A stretch of 64,000 bases of DNA from Hyphomicrobiales bacterium (lineage in GTDB: Bacteria > Pseudomonadota > Alphaproteobacteria > Rhizobiales > CBDCVD01). Every line of letters begins with the position of its first letter. Within the stretch, counting starts at the first letter, position 1. The DNA is taken from NCBI GenBank assembly GCA_965222955.1, contig OZ244974.1:1344226-1408225 (forward strand), read 5' to 3'. The notes below the pieces were generated by a model. That model saw nothing but the letters and a program-made list of their open reading frames with translations. It searched no databases and had not been told where the DNA came from. Made by a program: the position numbers and the translations under genes. Of the stretch, positions 45,691 to 55,145 are shown piece by piece.

Positions 45691-45760
45691 AGGCATAATT
45701 CCAACATTTGCACTTCACTAACCTCAGGCTTGCATGCAAATGTCAGAATCGAACCCCTGG
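45691..45760. repeat. Family J palindrome
   Basis: aattccaacatttgcacttcactaacctcaggcttgcatgcaaatgtcagaatcgaacccctgg. Confidence 0.55.
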
Positions 45761-45763
45761 CTA

Positions 45764-45805
45764 TGATAACATTCCCGTAGAACCGTGATAACATTCCAGT
45801 AGAAC
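45764..45805 (+). promoter_or_regulatory. Two 20-bp direct repeats, 22-bp period (possible regulator site)
   Basis: tgataacattcccgtagaac (45764-45783) and tgataacattccagtagaac (45786-45805). Confidence 0.3.
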
Positions 45806-46227
45806 ATTAAATTTGGCATATGAGAACGCGCCCGAATGTCAAATGCGTTCTGCTAGCGGTTGTCACATGCTCCTGGTTCTTGACAGGTCTATTGCTGTAT
45901 TCTTTCGTATACGCACATGTTCAGCCCTCTCTTTTACTCCTCATTTAACGCTCCCCTGTAACTCCCTCTTTCCGAACAGCTTATCCGATTCAACCGGCCG
46001 TTAACCGCCAGCCTGCCGTCTAGGTGTCCGGCACGAAAAGAATCGCGCCTTGCACAAAACACGAACATCGTATCTGTTCTGGTTGTGTTCTGCAAGGAAA
46101 AACTGCAAACTGTTTGACATCGTCCGATACCGGTGCAAGAAACGCTGGGTTCCGAAAAACCTGTTTGATGGGATCGCATGCTATCTTCCAGTCGCTTACC
46201 CGCGCAGGCGAACGTTCTATCGGTGTT

Positions 46228-46731
46228 ATGAGACGAAACTTTCGAACACATTTGCGCGCGGCAGGGGTGCTGTTGCTGGTGGTCGTACTGGCCGCCTGTG
46301 ACAATGAGTCTGACATTTCTCATCAGGCACCCCCGGGGGTTCACGGGCAACCGCTGGAAATCACGACCGTATCAGGTACCTATCGTTATGCTGTTGAGAT
46401 TGCCGATAGTCCGCAGAAGCGTTCACAAGGACTGATGTATCGTCGGCAGTTGGCGCCGGATCGGGGTATGTTGTTCCTTTACCGACGGGATCAGCCGGTT
46501 TCCATGTGGATGCGCAACACCTACGTCGCCCTGGATATGATATTTATTCGCGCAGACGGGGTTATTCATCATGTGCACAGCGATGCGGAGCCGCTATCGG
46601 AAGCGCTTATCCGGTCCCATGGAGATGTGCGCGCGGTTCTGGAAGTCAATGCCGGCGAGAGTGCCCGCATCGGTGTGAAGCCTGGCGATATGGCGCGGCA
46701 TCCCCTGTTGAACGCAGGGCCAGAGCGTTAA
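46228..46731 (+). CDS. DUF192 family protein (lipoprotein signal)
   Basis: MRRNFRTHLRAAGVLLLVVVLAACDN lipobox. GLMYRRQLAPDRGMLFLY, MWMRNTYVALDMIFI and VLEVNAG are typical of DUF192. Start trimmed to ATG 46228. Confidence 0.8.
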   Translation: MRRNFRTHLRAAGVLLLVVVLAACDNESDISHQAPPGVHGQPLEITTVSGTYRYAVEIADSPQKRSQGLMYRRQLAPDRGMLFLYRRDQPVSMWMRNTYVALDMIFIRADGVIHHVHSDAEPLSEALIRSHGDVRAVLEVNAGESARIGVKPGDMARHPLLNAGPER

Positions 46732-46874
46732 GCACGTGGTTTAATGTTTAATATTAATACGTTATTATGTGGCGGGTGTTCTCTTGTCTGGTGGTCTTTG
46801 CCATCTTTATTGCATGGCATCGAATGGGAGTTTACAGGGCGGTGCAAGAGCGCTAAAACACCATAGCGCGTTTT

Positions 46875-46951
46875 CGGGGTATAGCTCAGCCTGGTAGAGC
46901 ACTGGTTTTGGGAACCAGGGGTCGCATGTTCGAATCCTGCTGCCCCGACCA
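46875..46951 (+). tRNA. tRNA-Pro (anticodon UGG)
   Basis: Cloverleaf folded by hand: acceptor cggggta/tgccccg, D-arm gctc/gagc, anticodon stem ctggt/accag with loop ttTGGga, T-loop ttcgaat (one T-stem mismatch), encoded CCA. Confidence 0.85.
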
Positions 46952-47011
46952 TATGCGCTTTTGTTTGAAGAACGTGTCTTGTTGCGCGATTCGCGCGATG
47001 TTTCGGCTGGA

Positions 47012-47127
47012 TGCGCAATTTTAGTGGAGGTGTGTTCTCAAGAAAAGCCATCGGGTGGGATTGAACGGCCCGGCACGAACTTGCTGCACCATGGGTTTAC
47101 CAGGGACAACCTTTTGAAATTACACAG
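47012..47127 (+). repeat. Family B copy (short)
   Basis: tgcgcaattttagtggaggtgtgttctcaag ... ccagggacaaccttttgaaattacacag. Abuts A at 47128. Confidence 0.65.
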
Positions 47128-47404
47128 CTAGAGCGTGTCAGGTCTTAATAGAATCAATTCTGTTTCCCGATTGGCGAGGCGAACCACGCCCAAGGCGATC
47201 GAAGAGCGATGGCGACCCATCTCTCGAGAGCGGCCTGGGCGTGGGCGTCCGCCAATCGGAAACCCGAAGGGACGGGCGCTTTTGCACCAACATGAACCTT
47301 AAGTTTCTTGAAAATAGCGCCACTATATCGTGCGAGACTTAAGGTTCATCTTGTCGCAAAATCGCTCCGTCAGAATGCTTCTATTAAGACCTGACACGCT
47401 CTAG
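47128..47404 (+). mobile_element. MITE family A, short form (277 bp)
   Basis: ctagagcgtgtcaggtcttaatagaatc ... gcttctattaagacctgacacgctctag. Inverted relative to the copy at 47890. Confidence 0.9.
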
Positions 47405-47474
47405 GGACTGATTTGTCCTTATTTTATTGGGAAAAATAGACCGAGGCGAAGCCGAGGGACTTTTTCCATTCAAC
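47405..47474 (-). repeat. Family D/E, D-end copy facing the NDUFS4-like gene
   Basis: ggactgatttgtccttattttattgggaaaaatagaccgaggcgaagccgagggactttttccattcaac. Confidence 0.8.
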
Positions 47475-47498
47475 AAAATCAGACGCAGGAAAGGTGCA

Positions 47499-47813
47499 AT
47501 GACGGCTCGCATTTATCGTCCGGCAAAGACCGCCATGCAATCCGGGCGGCGCAAGAGTTCGCGCTGGCTTTTGGAGTATGAGCGGCAGACACCCATGCAT
47601 GTTGATCCACTGATGGGATGGCAGGGCTCGTCGGATATCTCGGGTCAGGTTCGCTTGACGTTTTCCTCGCGCGCTGCTGCTGAAGAGTATGCCAGGCGTC
47701 ACAATCTGGATTATACGCTCATTGATACGCCGCCGGGTGAAGGTCGCAGCCGGCGCGGCGTATCATATGCGGATAACTTTCGCCACGATCGCAAGATCCC
47801 GTGGACACATTGA
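47499..47813 (+). CDS. ETC complex I subunit conserved-region (NDUFS4-like) protein
   Basis: 104 aa. MTARIYRPAKTAMQSGRRKSSRWLLEYE...DPLMGWQGSSD...LTFSSRAAAEEYARRHNLDY. Start trimmed to ATG 47499. Confidence 0.85.
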   Translation: MTARIYRPAKTAMQSGRRKSSRWLLEYERQTPMHVDPLMGWQGSSDISGQVRLTFSSRAAAEEYARRHNLDYTLIDTPPGEGRSRRGVSYADNFRHDRKIPWTH

Positions 47814-47816
47814 TGA

Positions 47817-47889
47817 GTTGAATGTAAAAAAGTCCGTCGGCTTCGCCTCGGTCTGCTTTTTCCCGATGAACACAAGAACAAATCAGTCC
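47817..47889 (+). repeat. Family D/E, D-end of a full element that continues at 48245 after the A insertion
   Basis: gttgaatgtaaaaaagtccgtcggcttcgcctcggtctgctttttcccgatgaacacaagaacaaatcagtcc. Starts 3 nt after the stop codon. Confidence 0.8.
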
Positions 47890-48244
47890 CTAGAGCGTGT
47901 CAGGTCTTAATAGAACCATTCTGACGGAGCGATTTTACTATAGATTTCAGGGCGATCAGCTTTATGCGTTTCGCATTACCCTTGGCAAAATGGGTACAGC
48001 TAACGCCAAGCTGATCTAATATGAACCTTAAGTCTCGCAGGATATAGTGGGGCTATTTTCAAGAGACTTAAGGTCCATATTGGTGCAAAAGCGCCCGTCC
48101 CTTCGGGTTCCCGATTGGCGGACGCCCACGCCCAAGCCGCTCTTGAGAGATGGGTCGCCATCGCTCTTCGATCGCTTTGAGCCTGGGTATCGCCTCGCCA
48201 ATCGAGAAACAGAATTGCTTCTATTAAGACCTGACACGCTCCAG
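47890..48244 (-). mobile_element. MITE family A, long form (355 bp, with G), inserted in the D/E element
   Basis: ctagagcgtgtcaggtcttaatagaaccattctgacgg ... gcttctattaagacctgacacgctccag. Confidence 0.9.
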
Positions 48245-48459
48245 GGCGGCCCGGCGGACAGGTTTGGCATCCATGCTGATCAATCATGACCGTTGGTCAT
48301 GATTGGAAATGGCAAGGTATTGCCCACAAATGCGCCAAAACCTTGCAATAAAGCGAGGAGGAAACAAAGCGCCGCGCCTTCTTGAACTTTGTTTTCTCAT
48401 TGTTTCAGATGAAGAAAAGTACACGGAGTGTAGCGAAGCATTTTTCTTCACGATCAACT
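48245..48459 (+). repeat. Family D/E, middle and E-end (H-I-E part), ends 6 nt before tRNA-Arg
   Basis: ggcggcccggcggacagg...atcatgaccgttggtcatgat...gttttctcattgtttcagatgaagaaaagtacacgg...tttttcttcacgatcaact. Confidence 0.75.
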
Positions 48460-48465
48460 GACGAT

Positions 48466-48542
<77 letters not shown>

Positions 48543-48674
48543 GATGTGCCGTTTGTTGCTATACCTCCATTTCGTCTTGCGGGTCACTTTGCTTGAAGGC
48601 GACGGGCTTGGGCGGTTTTCTCTCTTTCGCCGTGGGTGTTGGCAGTTCGGACGCCACTTAGCAATCACCACCCA

Positions 48675-48864
48675 TGACACGCTCCAGGAACCGCCCAAAG
48701 GTGCGCCGATCCATGATCTGGAATTCACTCTGGGGGGCCGACAAACCGTACAACGCCTGCAGCACCAGCACCTTGAACATCATGACGCTGTCAAATGGTG
48801 GTCTGCCGCCCTGAGGGCCGGATTTATAATCGAGGGCGGCATTCAGACTGTCGCGAAATATCTT
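48675..48864 (-). pseudogene. IS5-family transposase fragment (second part of the N-terminal DUF772-like domain), 3'-truncated
   Basis: Hand translation gives IFRDSLNAALDYKSGPQGGRPPFDSVMMFKVLVLQALYGLSAPQSEFQIMDRRTFGRFL. Homology stops at a 14-nt family A TIR tip (tgacacgctccagg, 48675-48688). Confidence 0.7.
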
Positions 48865-49015
48865 GTTGAATGCGAAAAAGTCCCTTGGTTTGGCCTCGGT
48901 CTACTTTTTCCCAATAAAATAAGGACAAATCAGTCCCTGGGGCGTTCCGGCGGACTGATTTGGCATTCATATTGACCGATCATGATCAATGGCCATGATC
49001 GGAAATTGCAAGGCT
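48865..49015 (+). repeat. Family D/E element, D-end plus H part (left portion of the copy inserted in the transposase gene)
   Basis: gttgaatgcgaaaaagtcccttggtttggcctcggtctactttttcccaataaaataaggacaaatcagtccctgg ggcgttccggcggactgattt...ccgatcatgatcaatggccatgatcgg. Confidence 0.8.
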
Positions 49016-49519
49016 ATACCAGCGGTATTGGCGTTTTGTACGCGCTGACTTGTGTGTCGTGCTGATAAGACAACGGTTGTAAACCAGTTCAGGAGTCAAA
49101 CGTAAGTCCCTTGTATACCAGCGGTATTGGCGTTTTGTACGCGCTGACTTGTGTGTCGTGCTGATAAGACAACGGTTGTAAACCAGTTCAGGAGTCAAAC
49201 GTAAGTCCCTTGTATACCAGCGGTATTGGCGTTTTGTACGCGCTGACTTGTGTGTCGTGCTGATAAGACAACGGTTGTAAACCAGTTCAGGAGTCAAACG
49301 TAAGTCCCTTGTATACCAGCGGTATTGGCGTTTTGTACGCGCTGACTTGTGTGTCGTGCTGATAAGACAACGGTAGTAAACCAGTTCAGGAGTCAAACGC
49401 AAAGCCTCTTGGTATTATACCAGCGGTATTGGCGTTTTGTACACTCTGACTTGTGTGTCGTGCTGATAAGACAATGGTTGTAAATCAGGTCAGGAGTCAA
49501 ACGCAAAGCCCCTTGGTAT
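49016..49519 (+). repeat. Tandem array of 5 family C units (three 99-bp junctions, one full-length junction with TTA)
   Basis: ataccagcgg starts at 49016, 49115, 49214, 49313 and 49417. The array sits inside the D/E element. Confidence 0.95.
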
Positions 49520-49657
49520 TATGCACAAATGCGCCAAAACCTTGCAATACGCCCAGGCGAAAACAAAGCGCCGCGCCTACTTGAGCGTTGTTTTCTCATT
49601 GCTTCAAATGAAGAAAAGTACACGAAGAGGAGCGAAGCACCTTTCTTCACGATCAAC
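49520..49657 (+). repeat. Family D/E element, I-E part (right portion of the same copy)
   Basis: tgcacaaatgcgccaaaaccttgcaata...gttttctcattgcttcaaatgaagaaaagtacacgaag...cacctttcttcacgatcaac. Confidence 0.8.
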
Positions 49658-49792
49658 TATCTCGAAGTCAACCACGCGCAGCAACGGCTCCAGCGGATCG
49701 CTTGTGTCGCTCAAGCGCCGATACCGATCATCAGGATCAAAAAAATCCCCGCTGAGCAGGCATTGAACCCTCCGAAGCTCTTTCCAATTCAA
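49658..49792 (-). pseudogene. IS5-family transposase fragment (N-terminus)
   Basis: MNWKELRRVQCLLSGDFFDPDDRYRRLSDTSDPLEPLLRVVDFE from ORF 49604..49792. Its continuation lies in the E-end repeat. Confidence 0.65.
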
Positions 49793-50003
49793 ATCACCAA
49801 CGGTGGATCATAAATCAACAAAAATGATCAGATTTATCAGAGCGTCCAGCCGGGAACCGCCAAGTCCTGCAGCTTGTGTCCGTTGTCGGGCCAAAAGGGT
49901 GCTGCGGCACGCTCGAACGGGAACGGGCAGCCGCCGTCTGGCTACACCGATGCTGCATATCTGCGCTGTGCGGTTTTTTGCATCCGCATAGCTGGCAACG
50001 GAA

Positions 50004-50987
50004 TTACGCACTTTGCGCCAGGGCACGGGCTTGATCCCACACCGCCTGCTCCAGTTCCACCGGATCCTGCGCGCGCTTGTTCTGTCCGGGCATGCGGGCA
50101 CCCTCGTCCCGGGCAACCGCCTGCGCCAGTTGCTGCACGCGATCGAAAAACGCCGGCGATACGTCCGGGTCCATCAACAGATAATATTGTCCGAGATCGT
50201 GGGCAGGGCCCCGCGGCGCCTTTAGCGATTTTACGTCCTGGCTCGCCAGGCTGCCGGTCATACCCGCCGCCAGCAATTCCGCCATCAGGCCAAAGCCCCA
50301 CCCCTTATAGCCTCCCGCACTGAGCATCGAGCCTGCCAGTGCCGCTTGCGGGTCCGTTGTGGGCTGTCCGTCGGAATCCACCGCCCAACCCTTAGGAATC
50401 TGCGCGTCCGCCGCCTTCGCCATGGTAATCTTGCCGCGCGCCGTGACGGTCGTGGACTGATCGAATTGCATCGCCAGGCCGCCCTTGCCGTCGGGCACCG
50501 AGAACGCAATCGGGTTGGTGCCGATGACCCGCGTCCTGCCCCCCGGCGGTGCGACAATCGCAACCGCATTGGTCATGCCGAGCGCAATAAAGCCGGCGCG
50601 CGCGATTTTCCCGGTGAAAAAGCCCAGGGACGTACATGTATGGGCATGGGCCACCGCCAGACTGGCTACACCGCATTCCCGTGCCGCGGCCAGCGCCTCG
50701 GGCAAGGCGCGCGCGAACGCCGCTTGCGCAAAGCCAAATCGTGCATCGACCCTCACCGCCGCTGAACGCACCCGTGTCACAGCCGGTTCCACGTCTCCCC
50801 TGACGCGGCCGCTTAGCAACTGCACACAGTAGCTTTCCAGATAGTACAGGCCGCAAATACGATTTCCCACGCTTTCCGCCTGGCGCACCGCCCGGGCCAC
50901 TTCCTGTGCAATCCAGGGGAGGGCGCCATGGCGTTCCAGCGCCGTCCTTGTAGTGTTTTCGATCTCACGCAATGATATTTTCGGCAT
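50004..50987 (-). CDS. Ldh_2 family (malate/L-lactate/sulfolactate-type) dehydrogenase
   Basis: 327 aa. SLAVAHAHTCTSLGFF, GTNPIAFSVP and GGYKGWGFGLMAELLAAGMTG are typical of Ldh_2. Confidence 0.8.
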   Translation of the reverse strand: MPKISLREIENTTRTALERHGALPWIAQEVARAVRQAESVGNRICGLYYLESYCVQLLSGRVRGDVEPAVTRVRSAAVRVDARFGFAQAAFARALPEALAAARECGVASLAVAHAHTCTSLGFFTGKIARAGFIALGMTNAVAIVAPPGGRTRVIGTNPIAFSVPDGKGGLAMQFDQSTTVTARGKITMAKAADAQIPKGWAVDSDGQPTTDPQAALAGSMLSAGGYKGWGFGLMAELLAAGMTGSLASQDVKSLKAPRGPAHDLGQYYLLMDPDVSPAFFDRVQQLAQAVARDEGARMPGQNKRAQDPVELEQAVWDQARALAQSA

Positions 50988-50994
50988 TGTCTGT

Positions 50995-51034
50995 CTCCGT
51001 CAGAATGGTTCTATTGAGACCTGACACGCTCTAG
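50995..51034 (+). mobile_element. Family A right-end remnant (40 nt) containing the ppx stop codon
   Basis: ctccgtcagaatggttctattgagacctgacacgctctag. The ppx TAG is the complement of 51031-51033. Confidence 0.7.
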
Positions 51035-52677
51035 CGTTTGCGAACCGTGATGTCGCCCTTTAATCCGGCAAGCCGGGCAACACGGCCAAGACGCCGGGTA
51101 AGGCGGGCGCCGATCAAGGGGGCCATGTCTTTGGGTACACCAAGTACCAGGTTCCTGCCCTGGCGTTTCAGGGGCAGTTTCGGCAACACCCCGGGCGTGG
51201 CCGCCGCCGCCGCATAGGCCAGGCGAAACACCGCGCCAAGGACGCGCGCGCGCTCACGCAAGCGCGCCGACGTCAACTCGACAATTCGCGGGCTCAGCGC
51301 CCTGTCGACTAATCCCGCATGACGATAGTAATTCGCCATCGCCAGATAGGCGCGGCCTGGATGATCGATGCCGATGAACGCCGCATGGGCAATAATATTC
51401 AGGCTCTGTTCGCCGCGGTAATCGGGATGCGCGCGCCAGCCGATATCGGCCAGCAAACACGCCGCATGGCGCAGGCGCCGCTCCTCCTTGCGCTCATCGA
51501 TGCGCAGGCATTTCAGGGCCTGGCTCGTCCATGCATAGAGCTCCTCCCCATAAAGCGGTGAGCGGGCGCGCAGATAGCCGAGTTCGCGCGCCGCCTCGAT
51601 CAGCGGATCGCGTAACCGCTCGCGTTTTTGCAGCTTTCCATACAAATATCCCTCGCGCACCCCAAGCGCCGAAAAGACAATCTCCCTGGGCTTGAACGTT
51701 GTGATGATATTCGCCATGGCCACCGCGCCATAGGCGAGTAATTCACGGCGCGCACTGGAGATGGCGTCAATTCCGGCCAGGGTTTCCACCTCGGCGCGCG
51801 CCACCATGTGGCAGAATTCGAGCGCCTCGGCGGCGCGAATACAATAGTGATGCATAACCCGAAGGGGATAGCCCGTCTCCACAATGTGCAGCCGCGCCAG
51901 CGCCCGCCAGGTGCCGCCGATGGCATAGAATTGCCGTCCGCGAGAGTCGTATTTCCTGGCGTGTGCCTTTAGCGCCGCGCGTGCAATCTGATCGGCCTTT
52001 TGCGGCGCGTTCCTCGACATTTCGGCCAGTCGAATGCCGCCGATGGCCAATGTATCGCCGCGGCGCAGGCGCCGCCCCTTCACGTCCGTCAGTTCCAGAC
52101 TGCCGCCGCCCAGATCGCCGACCAGGCCATCGGCGTGCAAAAAGCCGGAAATGATCCCGTATGAAGCGTATCTGGCCTCCATTTTGCCCGATAGAACATC
52201 GATCTCGACGCCGCAGATCTTCTGCGCTTCCCTGATAAATTCGGGTCCGTTTTTCGCATCACGCGCCGCCGCCGTGGCGATCGCGTATAGCTGTGTGACC
52301 CCCAGATTGTCCGCCAGGGCGCGGTACCGCCGCAAAGACGTCAGCGCCCGGTCGATGGCGCTGGCGCGCATGCGTCCACGGGTTGCCACAGCCCTGCCGA
52401 GACCGCATAAATCCTTTTCGTTGTAAAAAGGCGTCGGCGCGCGGCTGGCGCGTTCGTAGACCACCAGTCGCACCGAATTGGAGCCGATGTCTATGACGCC
52501 CACAAGCCCGTCGCGGCCGTGAATGCGTCCCGGCGCATCCGAATAGAGTATATTGTCAGGACGCCCGTTGGGTTTGGGCGCGGCGGGGTGCGTGGGTTGC
52601 CTTGCCTTTTTTTTTCCACGTGAGAGATCTTGCGATACAGCGTTACTCACCGGTCCTTCCTTGCGGTTTTTCACCAT
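51031..52677 (-). CDS. ppx: Exopolyphosphatase (Ppx/GppA family)
   Basis: [17 protein letters not shown] and [11 protein letters not shown], followed by an HD-like C-terminal half. Overlaps the ppk 3' end. The exact start is uncertain. Confidence 0.9.
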   Translation of the reverse strand: MVKNRKEGPVSNAVSQDLSRGKKKARQPTHPAAPKPNGRPDNILYSDAPGRIHGRDGLVGVIDIGSNSVRLVVYERASRAPTPFYNEKDLCGLGRAVATRGRMRASAIDRALTSLRRYRALADNLGVTQLYAIATAAARDAKNGPEFIREAQKICGVEIDVLSGKMEARYASYGIISGFLHADGLVGDLGGGSLELTDVKGRRLRRGDTLAIGGIRLAEMSRNAPQKADQIARAALKAHARKYDSRGRQFYAIGGTWRALARLHIVETGYPLRVMHHYCIRAAEALEFCHMVARAEVETLAGIDAISSARRELLAYGAVAMANIITTFKPREIVFSALGVREGYLYGKLQKRERLRDPLIEAARELGYLRARSPLYGEELYAWTSQALKCLRIDERKEERRLRHAACLLADIGWRAHPDYRGEQSLNIIAHAAFIGIDHPGRAYLAMANYYRHAGLVDRALSPRIVELTSARLRERARVLGAVFRLAYAAAAATPGVLPKLPLKRQGRNLVLGVPKDMAPLIGARLTRRLGRVARLAGLKGDITVRKR

Positions 52678-54919
52678 GCGCGTTCACGAGCCGGGCCATC
52701 TCCTCCAGATCCTGCGGCTGGCTGTCCTCGATGGATTTGCCGCGTCCGGAAAGGCTGGGATTGGTCATGAAATAGTGATGGGCGTTAAAGTCGGCATCGG
52801 CTCCCGTTACTGTCTGGCGCTGCGCCGAGCCATCCGCCAGAACACGCCAGGACTGCTGGTTGTCGCGCAGGTTCGCCACCATGATCTGCTCGACGATCTG
52901 CTCCTTGACGGTCGCATTGTTGATGCGCACCAAAACCTCAATGCGCCGGTGCAGATTACGGGGCATTATGTCGGCGGACCCCACATAGACGATCGCATCC
53001 GGCGAGGGGAGTTCGCGCCCGTTGCCGAAGCAGTAAATACGCGAGTGTTCCAGAAAACGTCCGACGATGCTCTTAACGCGGATATTTTCCGACAAGCCCG
53101 CGATACCAGGACGCAGGCAACAGATACCGCGCACCACCAGATCCACCTGCACACCGGCTTGCGAGGCCCCATAGAGCGCATCGATGACATCGGCATCGAC
53201 CAGGGAGTTCATTTTCATCCAGATGGATGCCGGCCTGCCGTCGCTGGCGTGTCCGATTTCTGCATCGATATGTTCCAGAATGCGCTTCTTCAGGGTAAAG
53301 GGCGAGACGGCCAGGTTTTCAAAGGCGTCCGGATGGGCGTAGCCGGTGATAAAGTTAAACACCCGCGCCACATCACGCGCGATGGCCGGATCGCCGGTGA
53401 AGAACGACAGATCGGTATAAATGCGCGCCGTCACCGGATGATAGTTGCCCGTGCCGATATGCACATAGGATACGATTTCATCGGCCTCGCGGCGCGCCAC
53501 CAGGGATAGTTTCGAGTGGGTTTTCAGCGCCATAAAGCCGTATACGACCTGCACGCCGGCGCGTTCCAGATCGCGCGCCCACTGGATATTCGCCTGCTCG
53601 TCAAAGCGCGCCTTCAACTCGACCACCGCCGTGACCGATTTGCCCGCCTCGGCCGCTTCGCCGAGGGATTTCACGATCGGCGAGTTGTTGGAAGTGCGAT
53701 AGAGGGTCTGTTTGATGGCGATTACATCGTCGTCCCGCGCCGCCTGGCGCAGAAACTGCAACACCACATCAAACGATTCGTACGGATGGTGTACCAGGAT
53801 GTCCTTGGCGCGTATGGCCGAAAAGCAATCGCCGCCGTGTTCGCGAATGCGCTCGGGAAAACGCGGCGTAAACGGTACAAAACGAAGCTCGGGGCGATCG
53901 ATATCGGCAATCTGCGCCAGATCCGCCAAAGCGATCATGCCGTTGACGCCGACGATCTCCGAATCGGCCACGTCGAGCGCCGTGGCCACGTAATGACGCA
54001 GGGCATCCGAGGTGCCGTGATCGATCTCCAGGCGGATGACCGAGCCGCGTCGGCGGCGCTTTAAGGCGCTTTCAAACAGGCGAACGAGGTCTTCCGCTTC
54101 TTCCTCGATCTCGATATCGCTGTCGCGCACGATGCGAAACATGCCCTGCTCGCTGACGTGATAGCCGGGAAAGAGGGTATCGACGAACAGGCTTACCGCC
54201 TCTTCCAGCGAGATGATCCGCCGAGCCGGCTCAGTCTCCTGCGCGTTATCCGGATCGATTTCAATAAAACGCTTGATCTTGTGAGGAATACGGATCAGGG
54301 CCGTCAGTTTCTGGTCCTCGTCGTTTTCCATTTGCAACACGAGGCTGAATTCAAGATTGGGAATAAAGGGAAACGGATGCGCCGGATCAATGGCCAGGGG
54401 GGTGAGGACGGGAAAGATTGTATGGAGAAAATGCTGTTCCAGCCAGGCGCGTTCGCCGGTGCTTAAGTCCTTGCCCTGGATTAAAAACACCTGAGCACGC
54501 TGCAATTCGTCGCGCAAGTGCCGCCAGGTCCGCTGTTGCTCGTGTTCGAGCGTTTCGATTTCGTCGCGAATGATTTTGAGTTGCTGTAGCGGTGTGCGCC
54601 CGTCATCGCTTGGCTCTTCCACGCCGGCGCGCACCTGCGCTTTCAGGCCGGCAACTCGCACCATGAGAAACTCATCAAGGTTTCGTGCCGAGATTGAAAG
54701 AAAGCGCACCCGCTCCAGCAGGGGATGGCTGGCGTTATGGGCCTCCTCCAGAACCCGCCGGTTGAAATTCAGCCATGACAGTTCGCGGTTTATCAACCGG
54801 TCTTCCGGCCGTTCCAGCAGGCGTTCAGCCCCGGGTACAGGGCTTGTTGCCGTGCGGCTGTTGCTGTCAGGTGTTGTGTCCGATGCTGCGGTTGTTGCTG
54901 TTGCCGTCATAATCGCCAC
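52643..54919 (-). CDS. ppk: Polyphosphate kinase 1
   Basis: 758 aa. [17 protein letters not shown] and two PLD-like HKD-type modules ([21 protein letters not shown]). Confidence 0.95.
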   Translation of the reverse strand: MAIMTATATTAASDTTPDSNSRTATSPVPGAERLLERPEDRLINRELSWLNFNRRVLEEAHNASHPLLERVRFLSISARNLDEFLMVRVAGLKAQVRAGVEEPSDDGRTPLQQLKIIRDEIETLEHEQQRTWRHLRDELQRAQVFLIQGKDLSTGERAWLEQHFLHTIFPVLTPLAIDPAHPFPFIPNLEFSLVLQMENDEDQKLTALIRIPHKIKRFIEIDPDNAQETEPARRIISLEEAVSLFVDTLFPGYHVSEQGMFRIVRDSDIEIEEEAEDLVRLFESALKRRRRGSVIRLEIDHGTSDALRHYVATALDVADSEIVGVNGMIALADLAQIADIDRPELRFVPFTPRFPERIREHGGDCFSAIRAKDILVHHPYESFDVVLQFLRQAARDDDVIAIKQTLYRTSNNSPIVKSLGEAAEAGKSVTAVVELKARFDEQANIQWARDLERAGVQVVYGFMALKTHSKLSLVARREADEIVSYVHIGTGNYHPVTARIYTDLSFFTGDPAIARDVARVFNFITGYAHPDAFENLAVSPFTLKKRILEHIDAEIGHASDGRPASIWMKMNSLVDADVIDALYGASQAGVQVDLVVRGICCLRPGIAGLSENIRVKSIVGRFLEHSRIYCFGNGRELPSPDAIVYVGSADIMPRNLHRRIEVLVRINNATVKEQIVEQIMVANLRDNQQSWRVLADGSAQRQTVTGADADFNAHHYFMTNPSLSGRGKSIEDSQPQDLEEMARLVNAHGEKPQGRTGE

Positions 54920-55022
54920 CCCTTTTGGCGCGTGTACAGTGGATATTTCCGCCTACTTTGCCGATAGTACTCCGTGCCTGTCTTCACCGAGGCGCTGCAT
55001 TACGAAAATATTCCCAATTGGA

Positions 55023-55137
55023 AGTGCTTACAGGGTTCTTTTCATACTTCGATACAGCCGGCAGGTCTGAAGTCTCTCCCGATGCGACCATGGCCGCGGC
55101 AGGGCCACCTGCATCCTATGGGTTCTGTTAAAGACAT
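55023..55137 (+). repeat. Family B copy, strongly degenerate
   Basis: Retains ggcaggtctgaagt and ggccgcggcagggccacctgcatcctatggg...ctgttaaagacatgata. The arms are eroded. Confidence 0.45.
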
Positions 55138-55145
55138 GATACGCT

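Noticed and set aside
45880-45913. TTGACA at 45880-45885 as a promoter for the DUF192 gene, and TTGACA at 30222-30227 upstream of the NDUFA12-like gene.
   Set aside because: No acceptable -10 hexamer at 16-18 nt spacing in either case.
48986-49402. ORFs with perfect 33-aa repeats running through the 99-bp arrays (48986..49402 and 21201..21440, minus strand).
   Set aside because: They stay open only because the period is a multiple of 3. The same element occurs singly, in both orientations and in intergenic positions. There is no plausible start context. The unit has MITE features (terminal inverted repeats and target duplications).
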